DNA from: Verrucomicrobiota bacterium
Lineage (GTDB): Bacteria > Verrucomicrobiota > Verrucomicrobiia > Limisphaerales > UBA1096
Length of the DNA stretch: 42,837 nt
Assembly: GCA_003972865.1 (NCBI GenBank)
Contig: QOAX01000292.1
Location: forward strand, 1-42,837
Direction of reading: 5' to 3'
A program made the translations under genes and the position numbers. Below, piece by piece: positions 23,423 to 31,043 of this stretch (its first letter is position 1; each line of letters opens with the position of its first letter). A model generated the notes under the pieces. The model worked only from the letters and a program-made list of their open reading frames with translations, ran no database searches and had not been told where the DNA came from.

Positions 23423-23768
23423 ACGCCTGGTCTCAAATGATGTTCTCGTCTCATTTAATATTCGATTTTAGTTTCCAATTGGCGTGAACCTGCCCCGGCT
23501 CTCGCTTTGAAACAAGGTTTTTACCCGGTCGGTCGGTAATTCTTCCCTCGGCCCCCCGGTTTCGCTATAATTTCTTGCCTGATCTGACATCGTTGACATG
23601 GTTATCGATTCAAACAACGAGTCCGGTAACGCAGTGAGCGTATGAACTCCACCATCATCATCTTGCTTCTGCTCGTCCTGCTGGCGTCTTTGATCCTGTT
23701 CATCATCCTCCTTCTGGATCAACGCAGGAACTCGGAGAAGATGAGCCTTCTGGAAGCCGGCAACGCCG

Positions 23769-24611
23769 TTGATCCAACCGTTGGCGGGGAGGAGGCGCCT
23801 CCATGAAACCTGCAAGACCGGCAACATGAGGGATCTGAACCAATGGCTGTCGCTGGGTACTGATCTGAACCAAAAGGATGAGAACGGATATGCCCCGCTT
23901 CATTATGCCTGCGAATACGGACACGAGGATGTGATCCGGAAACTTCTCGATCGCAAGGCCAAGGTGAACCTCCTGACAAAAGCCACGCTCCTGAGTCCCA
24001 TGGCCTGTCTCGTACTCGGCAGGCTCAATGACAGACTCAGTGAACCGGAGTTGGTCAGAACCATCAGTGTCCTCAGGAAAGCCGGAGGCGACATCAACCC
24101 CACCTCGGAGGAGGCCGTCCCCCCGGTAAAGGCAGTCATCACGCGTGGCAACCTGGAACTGCTGGATTTCTTCATGTCGCTGCATGTGCACATTTTCGTG
24201 GAAGACAGCGACAAACGCTCCATGCTGCATCACATCGCGCTCAACCCGAACGCGAACTCCCTGGCAATTACGGAGTTTCTCGTCGAGAGGGGCTTGGACG
24301 TCAACGCGCAGGATAGCGACGGGAACACTCCCCTGCACCTGGCCCTCTCACCCTTCCAGCGTGAGGTGGTCAGGCACCTGATCGATTCGGGCGCCGACCC
24401 GGAGATCAAAAAACTGGAAGGGAATCAGCCCTCACACAATGGTGCAGCAGGACATCATCAATTTCCTGAGCCACTCTTGAACCGGGATGAAAAGAAAAAT
24501 GGTGGAGCCGACTGGTCTCGAACCAGCGACCCCCACAATGCCATTGTGGTGCTCTACCAACTGAGCTACGACCCCACCAAGGGGACGGCGATTGTAGGGA
24601 ACCGCTTTTGA
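23769..24611 (+). CDS. ankyrin-repeat protein (probably frameshifted; see findings)
   Basis: Repeats such as DENGYAPLHYACEYGHEDVIRKLLDRKAKVN and DSDGNTPLHLALSPFQREVVRHLIDSGADP. The ORF begins at TTG within an ankyrin repeat. Its last ~110 nt run antisense through the tRNA-Ala gene. Confidence 0.7.
   Translation: MIQPLAGRRRLHETCKTGNMRDLNQWLSLGTDLNQKDENGYAPLHYACEYGHEDVIRKLLDRKAKVNLLTKATLLSPMACLVLGRLNDRLSEPELVRTISVLRKAGGDINPTSEEAVPPVKAVITRGNLELLDFFMSLHVHIFVEDSDKRSMLHHIALNPNANSLAITEFLVERGLDVNAQDSDGNTPLHLALSPFQREVVRHLIDSGADPEIKKLEGNQPSHNGAAGHHQFPEPLLNRDEKKNGGADWSRTSDPHNAIVVLYQLSYDPTKGTAIVGNRF
24500..24575 (-). tRNA. tRNA-Ala (anticodon GGC), CCA encoded
   Basis: Reverse complement reads GGGGTCGTAGCTCAGTTGGTAGAGCACCACAATGGCATTGTGGGGGTCGCTGGTTCGAGACCAGTCGGCTCCACCA. 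Full cloverleaf with GTTCGAGAC T-loop, anticodon loop AT-GGC-AT and the G3:U70 alanine identity pair. Confidence 0.95.
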
Positions 24612-24653
24612 CCGTCAAACGATTTTTCGAAATCGAGCAAACTTGCCTGAAAC

Positions 24654-25019
24654 ATGACACACTATGAGCTGAATCACGTTGCGCTTCACGTCGCCGACGT
24701 GGAGAAAAGCTGCGAGTTTTACAGCAACACACTCAAGCTGGAGCCAATAGAGCGGCCGGCTTTTGACTTCCCCGGCGCCTGGTTTCGACTGGGCGACTTT
24801 CAGGAACTGCACCTGATCGGTGGTCGCGAAAACGCCGTTAATTCCCAGCCACGCAGCAACCACTTCGCCCTCCGGGCCGACAACCTCGACGAGTGGGAGG
24901 AGTATTTCAGGAATATCGGACAGGAATACATCCCGCGCCGCACCCGTCCCGATGGCGCCTTTCAAATCTACGTCGCCGACCCCGACGGCCATCACGTCGA
25001 GCTGTTCACCGGCCCGTGA
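24654..25019 (+). CDS. VOC family protein (glyoxalase/bleomycin-resistance/dioxygenase fold)
   Basis: 121 aa. LNHVALHVADVEKSCEFYSNTLKLE, HFALRADNLDEW and QIYVADPDGHHVELF follow the paired beta-alpha-beta-beta-beta VOC pattern. Confidence 0.85.
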   Translation: MTHYELNHVALHVADVEKSCEFYSNTLKLEPIERPAFDFPGAWFRLGDFQELHLIGGRENAVNSQPRSNHFALRADNLDEWEEYFRNIGQEYIPRRTRPDGAFQIYVADPDGHHVELFTGP

Positions 25020-25044
25020 ACCTGGCCAAGTGCTTGGCCGAGCG

Positions 25045-26577
25045 CTACTGGGTGCTGAAGCTCTCGGCCAATGCTAGCGCCTTGATCATCGCCTTGGACT
25101 TGTTGACCGTTTCCTGAAACTCACTCTCCGGCACCGAGTCGGCCACCCAGCCGCCGCCGGCCTGGACATACGCCTTGCCGTCCTTCAGAAGCGCCGTGCG
25201 GATGGTGATGCAGCAGTCTAGGTTGCCGTTGAATGAAAAGTAGCCGACGCAGCCGCCATACGGCCCGCGCGTTGTCTGCTCGAACTCGGAGATGATCTGC
25301 ATCGCGCGAATCTTCGGCGCGCCAGACAGCGTCCCCGCCGGAAACGTCGCCCGGATTAGGTCGTACGGCGTGTGCTTCGCCGTCAGGTTGCCCTCGACCT
25401 GCGTGACGATGTGCATCACGTGGCTGTACCGCTCGATGATCATCAGATCCTTCACCTCCACTGAGCCGTAGTCGCACACGCGGCCGATGTCGTTCCGCGC
25501 CAGGTCCACCAGCATCACGTGCTCGGCGCGCTCCTTCGGGTCGGCCAGCAGTTCCTTCTCCAGCGCCAGGTCTTCCTCGGCGCTCTTGCCGCGCGGCCGG
25601 GTGCCGGCGATCGGGCGGATCTCCACCCGCCGTTCCTCGCAACGCACATGAATCTCCGGCGACGCGCCCACCAGCGAGTAGCCCTCGAACTCCAGCAGGA
25701 ACATGTACGGCGACGGATTGATCGAGCGCACCGCCCGATACACGTCGAGCGGCGACGCCTCCACCTGGGCGGAAAACCGCTGCGATCCGACGACCTGGAT
25801 GATGTCGCCGGCGTTGATGTACTCCTTGGCCTTCTCGACATTTTTTAGAAAACGATCCTTCTCCTGATTCGACTGGAATTCCTTCTCCGGCAGCTCAGCC
25901 GGGAACGACACCGGCTTGTATTCACTGGGCTGCTCGAGCAGCGCCACGATGCGCGCCACCTCGTCGGTGGCCCCTTCGTACACCTCCGCCGGCGAGTCGC
26001 CGGGGCCGATGATTCCGTTGACGATGATCGTCAGTGTCTGCGCCACACGGTCGAACACCAGCAGTTGGTCGGCAATGATGAAACAAATCGTCGGCGTGCC
26101 AAGTTCGTCCTCCGGCGGGCGCGGCACGACCGGCTCGATGTCATGAATGAATTCGTGGCCGACAAAGCCAAGCGCACCACCGGTAAACCGCGGCAGGCCA
26201 TCGACATCCACCGGCCTGTAATTGGCCAGCACCCTCTCTACGACCTCGAGACCGTCGCAGACTTCACCCTCCGCCTTGGCCCCGCCACGACCGACGACCT
26301 TGTACGTCTCCCGCACTTGGCCGCCCTCGATCCACTCCACCTTGTCGCCGACTTGGACGATCATCCCGCGCGAGTTGCTGCCCACGAACGAGTAGCGGCC
26401 AAGATGCTCGCCGCCCTCGACCGACTCGAACAGGAACGACTCGCCCCGGCCCCGGATTTTGCGATAAGCCGTCAGCGGCGTTTCCTGATCGGCCAACAGC
26501 CGGCGCGTGACCGGAATCAGGTTTCCCTGTTCGGCCAGGCGGCAAAACTCATCCTTTGTTGGGCGGCAAAACTCCAT
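25045..26577 (-). CDS. trpE: anthranilate synthase component I
   Basis: 510 aa. [32 protein letters not shown] and [18 protein letters not shown] are the canonical chorismate-binding TrpE motifs. Confidence 0.95.
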   Translation of the reverse strand: MEFCRPTKDEFCRLAEQGNLIPVTRRLLADQETPLTAYRKIRGRGESFLFESVEGGEHLGRYSFVGSNSRGMIVQVGDKVEWIEGGQVRETYKVVGRGGAKAEGEVCDGLEVVERVLANYRPVDVDGLPRFTGGALGFVGHEFIHDIEPVVPRPPEDELGTPTICFIIADQLLVFDRVAQTLTIIVNGIIGPGDSPAEVYEGATDEVARIVALLEQPSEYKPVSFPAELPEKEFQSNQEKDRFLKNVEKAKEYINAGDIIQVVGSQRFSAQVEASPLDVYRAVRSINPSPYMFLLEFEGYSLVGASPEIHVRCEERRVEIRPIAGTRPRGKSAEEDLALEKELLADPKERAEHVMLVDLARNDIGRVCDYGSVEVKDLMIIERYSHVMHIVTQVEGNLTAKHTPYDLIRATFPAGTLSGAPKIRAMQIISEFEQTTRGPYGGCVGYFSFNGNLDCCITIRTALLKDGKAYVQAGGGWVADSVPESEFQETVNKSKAMIKALALAESFSTQ

Positions 26578-26626
26578 GCGGCGGACAGTCTAAACGGCGT
26601 CCCTCCCCGAACGCCAACACAATACA

Positions 26627-26648
26627 GGCCAAGCGCTTGGCCAAGCGG
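26627..26648. repeat. intergenic double copy of the iterated palindrome (GGCCAAGCGCTTGGCCAAGCGG)
   Basis: Overlapping palindromes GGCCAAGCGCTTGGCC (26627..26642) and CGCTTGGCCAAGCG (26634..26647), between the hisI stop and the trpE start. This is the only clearly non-coding exact copy. Confidence 0.9.
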
Positions 26649-26650
26649 GG

Positions 26651-27034
26651 TTACTTTTTGTAGACCTCGTCCGGATTGACAAGCCGCTCCTCGGTGACCT
26701 CGAAGCCGCCCTCCTCGTGGGTCGAGCGAAAAAAACAGGACTTGTATCCCACGTGGCAGGCCACGCCGTGCTGTACGACCTGAATCAGCAGCGTGTCGCC
26801 GTCGCAGTCAAACGCGAGGTCTTTCACCTCCTGCGTGTGACCGCTCGACTCGCCCTTCATCCAGTATTTCTGGCGGGAGCGACTCCAAAAATGCGTCTTG
26901 CCGGTCTCGATCGTGGACTTCAGCGAGGCTTCATTCATCCACGCCATCATTAGCACACGGCCGGTTCCCTCCTCCTGAACGATGGCCGGAATCAGGCCAT
27001 CCGGGTTGAACTTGAGTTTCTCAATGAACTTCAT
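26651..27034 (-). CDS. hisI: phosphoribosyl-AMP cyclohydrolase
   Basis: 127 aa. GLIPAIVQEEGTGRVLMMAWMNEASL, WSRSRQKYWMKGESSGH and CDGDTLL..V.Q.GVACH match monofunctional HisI. Starts 9 nt downstream of hisF. Confidence 0.9.
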   Translation of the reverse strand: MKFIEKLKFNPDGLIPAIVQEEGTGRVLMMAWMNEASLKSTIETGKTHFWSRSRQKYWMKGESSGHTQEVKDLAFDCDGDTLLIQVVQHGVACHVGYKSCFFRSTHEEGGFEVTEERLVNPDEVYKK

Positions 27035-27043
27035 CCTTAAAAA

Positions 27044-27820
27044 TTATATCATACGGACGGGAATGCCGTCCTGTTTTAAAAACGCCTTCACGTCGGCAAT
27101 ACTATACTCACCGAAGTGAAAAATACTCGCCGCCAAAACAGCATCCGCCCTGCCTTCGTGCAGCACCTCGGCCATGTGCTCCAGGCAGCCGGCGCCACCG
27201 CTGGCCACCACCGGCACATCCACCGACTCGCTGATGCGCCTCGTTATCTCCAAGTCGTAGCCCGCCTTCGTGCCATCGGCGTCAATGCTGTTGAGCACAA
27301 TCTCGCCGGCGCCAAGCTCCACCGCGCGCGCGGACCACTCGATGGCGTCCAAGCCGGTTTCCTTACGGCCGCCGTGCGAAAAAACCGCCCACTCGCCGTC
27401 ACCCGTTTTCTTGGCATCAACCGAGACAACGATGCATTGACTGCCAAACTTCTCCGCGCCCTCGCCGATCAACTCCGGCCTGGCCAGGGCGGCGCTGTTG
27501 ATGCTGATCTTGTCCGCACCCGCCTTGAGCATGACGCCCATGTCCTCCACCGTGCGTATACCGCCCCCCACCGTCAGTGGCATGAAACAGCGACTGGCCA
27601 CCTGCTCCATCACATCGACCATCGTGCCGCGGCCGTGCGCGCTGGCGGTGATGTCGAAAAAAACCATCTCGTCGGCGCCCTGCTCGTCATAGCGAATGGC
27701 TAACTCGACCGGATCGCCGACGTTGCGCAGGCCACCCTCCTCCGCGCGGCCAAACTGCACCCCTCGTGTCACGGCTCCATCGTGCACGTCCAGGCAGGGA
27801 ATCACTCGCTTGGTCAACAT
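27044..27820 (-). CDS. hisF: imidazole glycerol phosphate synthase cyclase subunit
   Basis: 258 aa. [33 protein letters not shown] and VVASGGAG are canonical HisF motifs. Confidence 0.95.
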   Translation of the reverse strand: MLTKRVIPCLDVHDGAVTRGVQFGRAEEGGLRNVGDPVELAIRYDEQGADEMVFFDITASAHGRGTMVDVMEQVASRCFMPLTVGGGIRTVEDMGVMLKAGADKISINSAALARPELIGEGAEKFGSQCIVVSVDAKKTGDGEWAVFSHGGRKETGLDAIEWSARAVELGAGEIVLNSIDADGTKAGYDLEITRRISESVDVPVVASGGAGCLEHMAEVLHEGRADAVLAASIFHFGEYSIADVKAFLKQDGIPVRMI

Positions 27821-27832
27821 CGTAAAGAAAAT

Positions 27833-27854
27833 CCCGGCGGGGCATGCCGCCGGG
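27833..27854 (-). terminator. GC-rich hairpin plus U-tract downstream of the H1-like gene, abutting the hisF start
   Basis: 8-bp stem cccggcgg / ccgccggg with a 6-nt loop ggcatg. The minus-sense RNA continues auuuucuuua and then reaches the hisF ATG (27820). Confidence 0.6.
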
Positions 27855-27923
27855 AAATGCTATATTCTTTATTCAACCGCCATACAAGCTCGCCAGTCAA
27901 AACCGGCAACCCGATATAGGTGA

Positions 27924-28514
27924 TCAAGCTGCAGTAAACTTGCCCTTGCTTGGTTGTTTGAAGGCCTTTTTGTTCGTGTACAGCATTACGCGAAGGGAGT
28001 TCATGGGGTTCTTACCCGAGAACTTGTGACCCGCCTTCTTAGCTGCCTCAAGGATTTGCGCGGCGGTTAGAGCCTTGCCCTTGGTCACATTCAACACGAT
28101 GTCCTTCAAGGAACGCTTGTTCTTTGCCTTTCTAGCCGGTGCCTTTTTAGTGGCTTTTTTTGCTGCCTTCTTGGCGGGTTTTTTTGCCGCTTTTTTTACA
28201 GCCTTCCTGGCTGTCTTCTTCTTCGCCGCTTTTCGTTTCGGTGCCGTCTTTTTCTTTGCCGGGCGACCACGCTTAGCGGTGGCTTTCTTGGCCGGGCGGC
28301 CACGACGCTTGGCTGCGGCTTTCTTTGGCTTGCGGCCACGGCGCTTAACCGGCGTAGAACCGGCACCACCCAGGGCAGCCTCAATTTCGGCCAGCCTTTT
28401 TTCAGCGTCCGCCACAGTTGCCTGCGCGTTGGCCAGCGTCTTCGACAATGTAGCCTTTTCGGATTGCAAGGCCGCACAAGCCCGTTGGAATAACTTAACC
28501 GTATCTTTGCTCAT
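27924..28514 (-). CDS. histone H1-like / AT-hook lysine-alanine-rich DNA-binding protein
   Basis: 196 aa. N-terminal coiled-coil-like segment, three (R/K)RGR(K)P AT-hook-like cores, a long AKKAAKKPAKKAAKKATKK tract, and a ~60-aa C-terminal globular segment. Confidence 0.8.
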   Translation of the reverse strand: MSKDTVKLFQRACAALQSEKATLSKTLANAQATVADAEKRLAEIEAALGGAGSTPVKRRGRKPKKAAAKRRGRPAKKATAKRGRPAKKKTAPKRKAAKKKTARKAVKKAAKKPAKKAAKKATKKAPARKAKNKRSLKDIVLNVTKGKALTAAQILEAAKKAGHKFSGKNPMNSLRVMLYTNKKAFKQPSKGKFTAA

Positions 28515-28630
28515 AATCTTATGGGTTATAACGCACCGTTTAATGGTGCAACGAAAGTATTACAATATAACAAACCATATACAAGAGAAATTATAATATT
28601 TTTTCCACGATGAATTTGAAAGCTATAATC

Positions 28631-29392
28631 CTATTTAATGGCTATATGAATGCTCATCGCTCCCGCCATGATTTCTATAACCTGAACGGATTTATAACCC
28701 ATAAAACGAAGCACGGATGCCACCCCTTTTTGCGCGGTATATTTTTTAAGGGATTTAAGGATATATGCGTATGCCGATGCGTTGCCGCAACACAGCCAGC
28801 CAAAGACAGGCAGCATCCCTGCCAGATATAGAAAATAAACCGATCGGATTATACGATTGGCCGGCTTCCCGAAATCCAGTATTAGCAGACGCCCCCCCGG
28901 CTTCAGGACACGAGTGATCTCACGAAGACCGTCTTCCATGCTGGCGAGGTTTCTAAGCCCATAGCCGATCGTCACCAAGTCAAGAGAGTTGTCCCCAAGC
29001 GGAAGTTGCATGGCGTCCGCCTGGGCGAGACTAATTCGATATTCACCCCGTTTGGCCAAGCGCCTGGCGGCTTGCTGCAACATTGGCCGGTTCATATCCA
29101 TCCCAATCAATGAACCTCCCCGCTCGGCCAGGCCGATGGCAATGTCGCCCGTTCCGCAGCATAAATCCAGGCCCGTTTCTCCCTCGCTGAAATTTGACAA
29201 GGCAACCACGCGGCGTTTCCAAACCCGATGCAGGCCAAGGCTCTGGATGTCGTTGACCAGATCGTATCGGCTGGCGATCGCGCCAAACAATTGATCGACC
29301 TTTCTTGCGTGACAGGCTGTATCCGTCTCGATCCCCACTGGTTGCCGACAAGTATCATCCGCTGACTCTGCAAACCAGCATATCCTGAGCAT
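28631..29392 (-). CDS. ubiE: demethylmenaquinone / ubiquinone C-methyltransferase (UbiE/MenG family)
   Basis: FGAIASRYDLVNDIQSLGLHRVWKRR, SAM motif LDLCCGTGDIA and GYGLRNL...VLKPGGRLLILDF are the UbiE/MenG signature. Start moved to ATG 29392 (GTG 29338 also possible). The rest of ORF 28631..29779 is antisense to moeA. Confidence 0.85.
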   Translation of the reverse strand: MLRICWFAESADDTCRQPVGIETDTACHARKVDQLFGAIASRYDLVNDIQSLGLHRVWKRRVVALSNFSEGETGLDLCCGTGDIAIGLAERGGSLIGMDMNRPMLQQAARRLAKRGEYRISLAQADAMQLPLGDNSLDLVTIGYGLRNLASMEDGLREITRVLKPGGRLLILDFGKPANRIIRSVYFLYLAGMLPVFGWLCCGNASAYAYILKSLKKYTAQKGVASVLRFMGYKSVQVIEIMAGAMSIHIAIK

Positions 29393-29399
29393 TGACAGG

Positions 29400-30656
29400 A
29401 TGAGGAGGTTTGATTCCCCGACTATTAACGGCAACACTCCCCACCGAATGTTGTCGCTTGAAGAAGCTGTTGAACGATCGCTCGCAGCCGCGCCTTTGCT
29501 GGGCAGCGAGACCGTCCCCTTGGCAGGCGCCGGGGACCGGTTTGCCGCCTCGGCATTGAAAGCTGTAGTGTCGCTGCCAGGCTTCGACAATTCAGCCATG
29601 GACGGGTACGCAGTCAGAAGCGCCGACCTGAATGGCACCACCACCGAGTCGCCGGTTGAGTTGAGTTGTATTGGTGTGATCCCCGCCGGAGCCCATCCGG
29701 TGGACACGGTTGGCGAAGGTACCTGCATGAGGATTTTCACCGGCTCGCCGATTCCGAGAGGCGTAGATGCTGTGATCATGCAGGAGGATTGCAGTTCAAC
29801 TCCCGGCGATGACTACACCGTCCGCTGTAATGACTCGATCAAGCCATGGGAGAATATCCGGCTGAAAGGCGAAGACGTCCGCGAAGGTGACCCGTTGATT
29901 ACCGCTGGCACGCGTATAACGGCCGGCACGATCGGGCTACTGGTGGCGACCGGCCACCATTCGGTTGAAGTGGGGCTCAGGCCGAAGGTCGGCCTTGTGG
30001 CCACCGGTAGCGAATTGGTCGAGCCACCCGGCGAACTTCAACCCGGCGAAATATACGAGAGCAACCGCGCCATGCTGGCTTCACTGGTCTCCAAGGCAAA
30101 CGGGTTGCCGACACCGTACCCCATCGTGCCGGATACGCTCAAGGCCACGGTGGCAGCGTTGGGGCGGGCGTTCGCGGAAAACGATGCTGTCCTGACTTCC
30201 GGCGGCGTATCAGTGGGCGACCACGACCATGTGAGACCAGCCATCGAGCGGCTCGGCGGCTCACTCGATTTCTGGAAAGTCGCCGTCAAGCCGGGTAAGC
30301 CGTTTGTGCTTGGCCAAGTCGGCGGCAAGCCGGTGTTCGGCATGCCGGGCAATCCCGTCTCGGCCATCGTCACTTATCTGCTCATGGTCCGGCCTGCCCT
30401 GTTGAAGATGCAGGGAGCCGCCGAATGGCGCTTGGCTAAGCGGCCGGGGCGCCTGGCGGATGAACTGGTCAACAAGGGGGATCGGCGCCATTTCGTGCGG
30501 GTGACGATCGATGATCTCGGGCTAGTCCGAAGCGCCGGGGGGCAACGCTCACACATGCTGGGCAGCCTAGCCAAGGCCAACGGCCTGGTCGATCTACCCC
30601 CGGGAACCCGCTTGGCCAAGGGCGACCCAGTGGACGTGCTGCTGATCGATGACTGA
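29400..30656 (+). CDS. moeA: molybdopterin molybdotransferase
   Basis: 418 aa. SAMDGYAVR, TGSPIPRGVDAVIMQED, LTSGGVSVGDHD and PGKPFVLG...GMPGNPVSA are canonical MoeA motifs. A more typical N-terminus (MLSLEEAVE) begins at ATG 29448. Confidence 0.9.
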   Translation: MRRFDSPTINGNTPHRMLSLEEAVERSLAAAPLLGSETVPLAGAGDRFAASALKAVVSLPGFDNSAMDGYAVRSADLNGTTTESPVELSCIGVIPAGAHPVDTVGEGTCMRIFTGSPIPRGVDAVIMQEDCSSTPGDDYTVRCNDSIKPWENIRLKGEDVREGDPLITAGTRITAGTIGLLVATGHHSVEVGLRPKVGLVATGSELVEPPGELQPGEIYESNRAMLASLVSKANGLPTPYPIVPDTLKATVAALGRAFAENDAVLTSGGVSVGDHDHVRPAIERLGGSLDFWKVAVKPGKPFVLGQVGGKPVFGMPGNPVSAIVTYLLMVRPALLKMQGAAEWRLAKRPGRLADELVNKGDRRHFVRVTIDDLGLVRSAGGQRSHMLGSLAKANGLVDLPPGTRLAKGDPVDVLLIDD

Positions 30657-31043
30657 TCAGTCGCCGCCCTGCTGGAGTTGATCGAGCTTGGTCTTGGCGG
30701 CGGCCCGCTTGGCTTCCTCGTCGCGGATCACCTCCTCAAGGGACCGGGAAACACAGGCCGCCATCAACTGTGCCGGGGTTTTCCCGGTCGCCTCGGAGGC
30801 AGCCTCGAGGAGTTCAATCAACCGGGGAGGCAGCGCCCAGTCGCCGGCGTCTTCCGGGGTTTCCGGCGGCGGTTCGGCCGGCGGCTTCGTATCCGGGTTC
30901 ACCACGTTACGAATGGCGCTCCGCATGAAGCCGACCATTTGTTTGCCTTCGTTGTCGGCAAACGACTTCATCTCCCGGAGGAGATCCTTTGGCACCCAGG
31001 GGTCCTTCTCCTTGGGATCCTTCGATTTTGGGTCATCCGCCAT
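30657..31043 (-). CDS. hypothetical protein, possible tandem ribbon-helix-helix (CopG/Arc-like) fold
   Basis: 128 aa. Two segments (VPKDLLREMKSFADNEGKQMVGFMRSAIRNVV and LPPRLIELLEAASEATGKTPAQLMAACVSRSLEEVI) fit the strand-helix-G-x-helix RHH pattern, joined by a Pro/Glu-rich linker. The ATG overlaps the hprK 3' end by 11 nt. Confidence 0.6.
   Translation of the reverse strand: MADDPKSKDPKEKDPWVPKDLLREMKSFADNEGKQMVGFMRSAIRNVVNPDTKPPAEPPPETPEDAGDWALPPRLIELLEAASEATGKTPAQLMAACVSRSLEEVIRDEEAKRAAAKTKLDQLQQGGD

Noticed and set aside
23423-24500. Possible tRNA-Ala-associated genomic islet. The ankyrin gene lies at the 3' side of the tRNA, has lower GC and has no iterated palindrome.
   Set aside because: No integrase or recombinase is present. 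I could not find a direct repeat of the tRNA 3' end (tggtggagccgac...) at the distal border (23423..23640). Only compositional evidence remains, which is noted under the ankyrin finding.
25020-25044. Near-copies of the palindrome (CTGGCCAAG-TG-CTTGGCCGAG) between the convergent VOC and trpE stops, considered as a terminator hairpin.
   Set aside because: Pairing is imperfect (bulge, 2-nt loop) and lacks a U-tract. It is better explained as two degenerate copies of the iterated motif.
26538-26574. 13-nt direct repeat GGCGGCAAAACTC at 26538..26550 and 26562..26574 (24-nt period) at the 5' end of trpE, giving [19 protein letters not shown].
   Set aside because: It is a short in-frame 8-codon partial duplication. 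It might merely shift the true start and has no evident regulatory structure, so it is recorded only as a curiosity.
26578-26650. Possible trp attenuator or leader upstream of trpE.
   Set aside because: The 73-nt spacer holds no leader ORF with Trp codons and no alternative terminator/antiterminator pair. Its only structure is the iterated-palindrome double copy.
28075-28596. ORF on the plus strand with FFAAFLAGFF repeats, and the periodic DNA repeats at ~28100..28350 (considered as a possible CRISPR or tandem-repeat locus).
   Set aside because: It is the mirror image of the Lys/Ala-rich coding repeats of the H1-like gene on the minus strand. The repeats are short, imperfect, in-frame codon repeats without unique spacers, so this is not a CRISPR array.
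29393-29447. Moco riboswitch upstream of moeA.
   Set aside because: The available non-coding space (7 to ~110 nt depending on start choice) is too short for the ~130-140-nt Moco RNA motif as I recall it. No conserved Moco helices are visible.
29393-29779. N-terminal 129 codons of ORF 28631..29779 (-), upstream of the UbiE domain.
   Set aside because: It is antisense to the well-supported moeA gene. UbiE homology starts shortly after ATG 29392.
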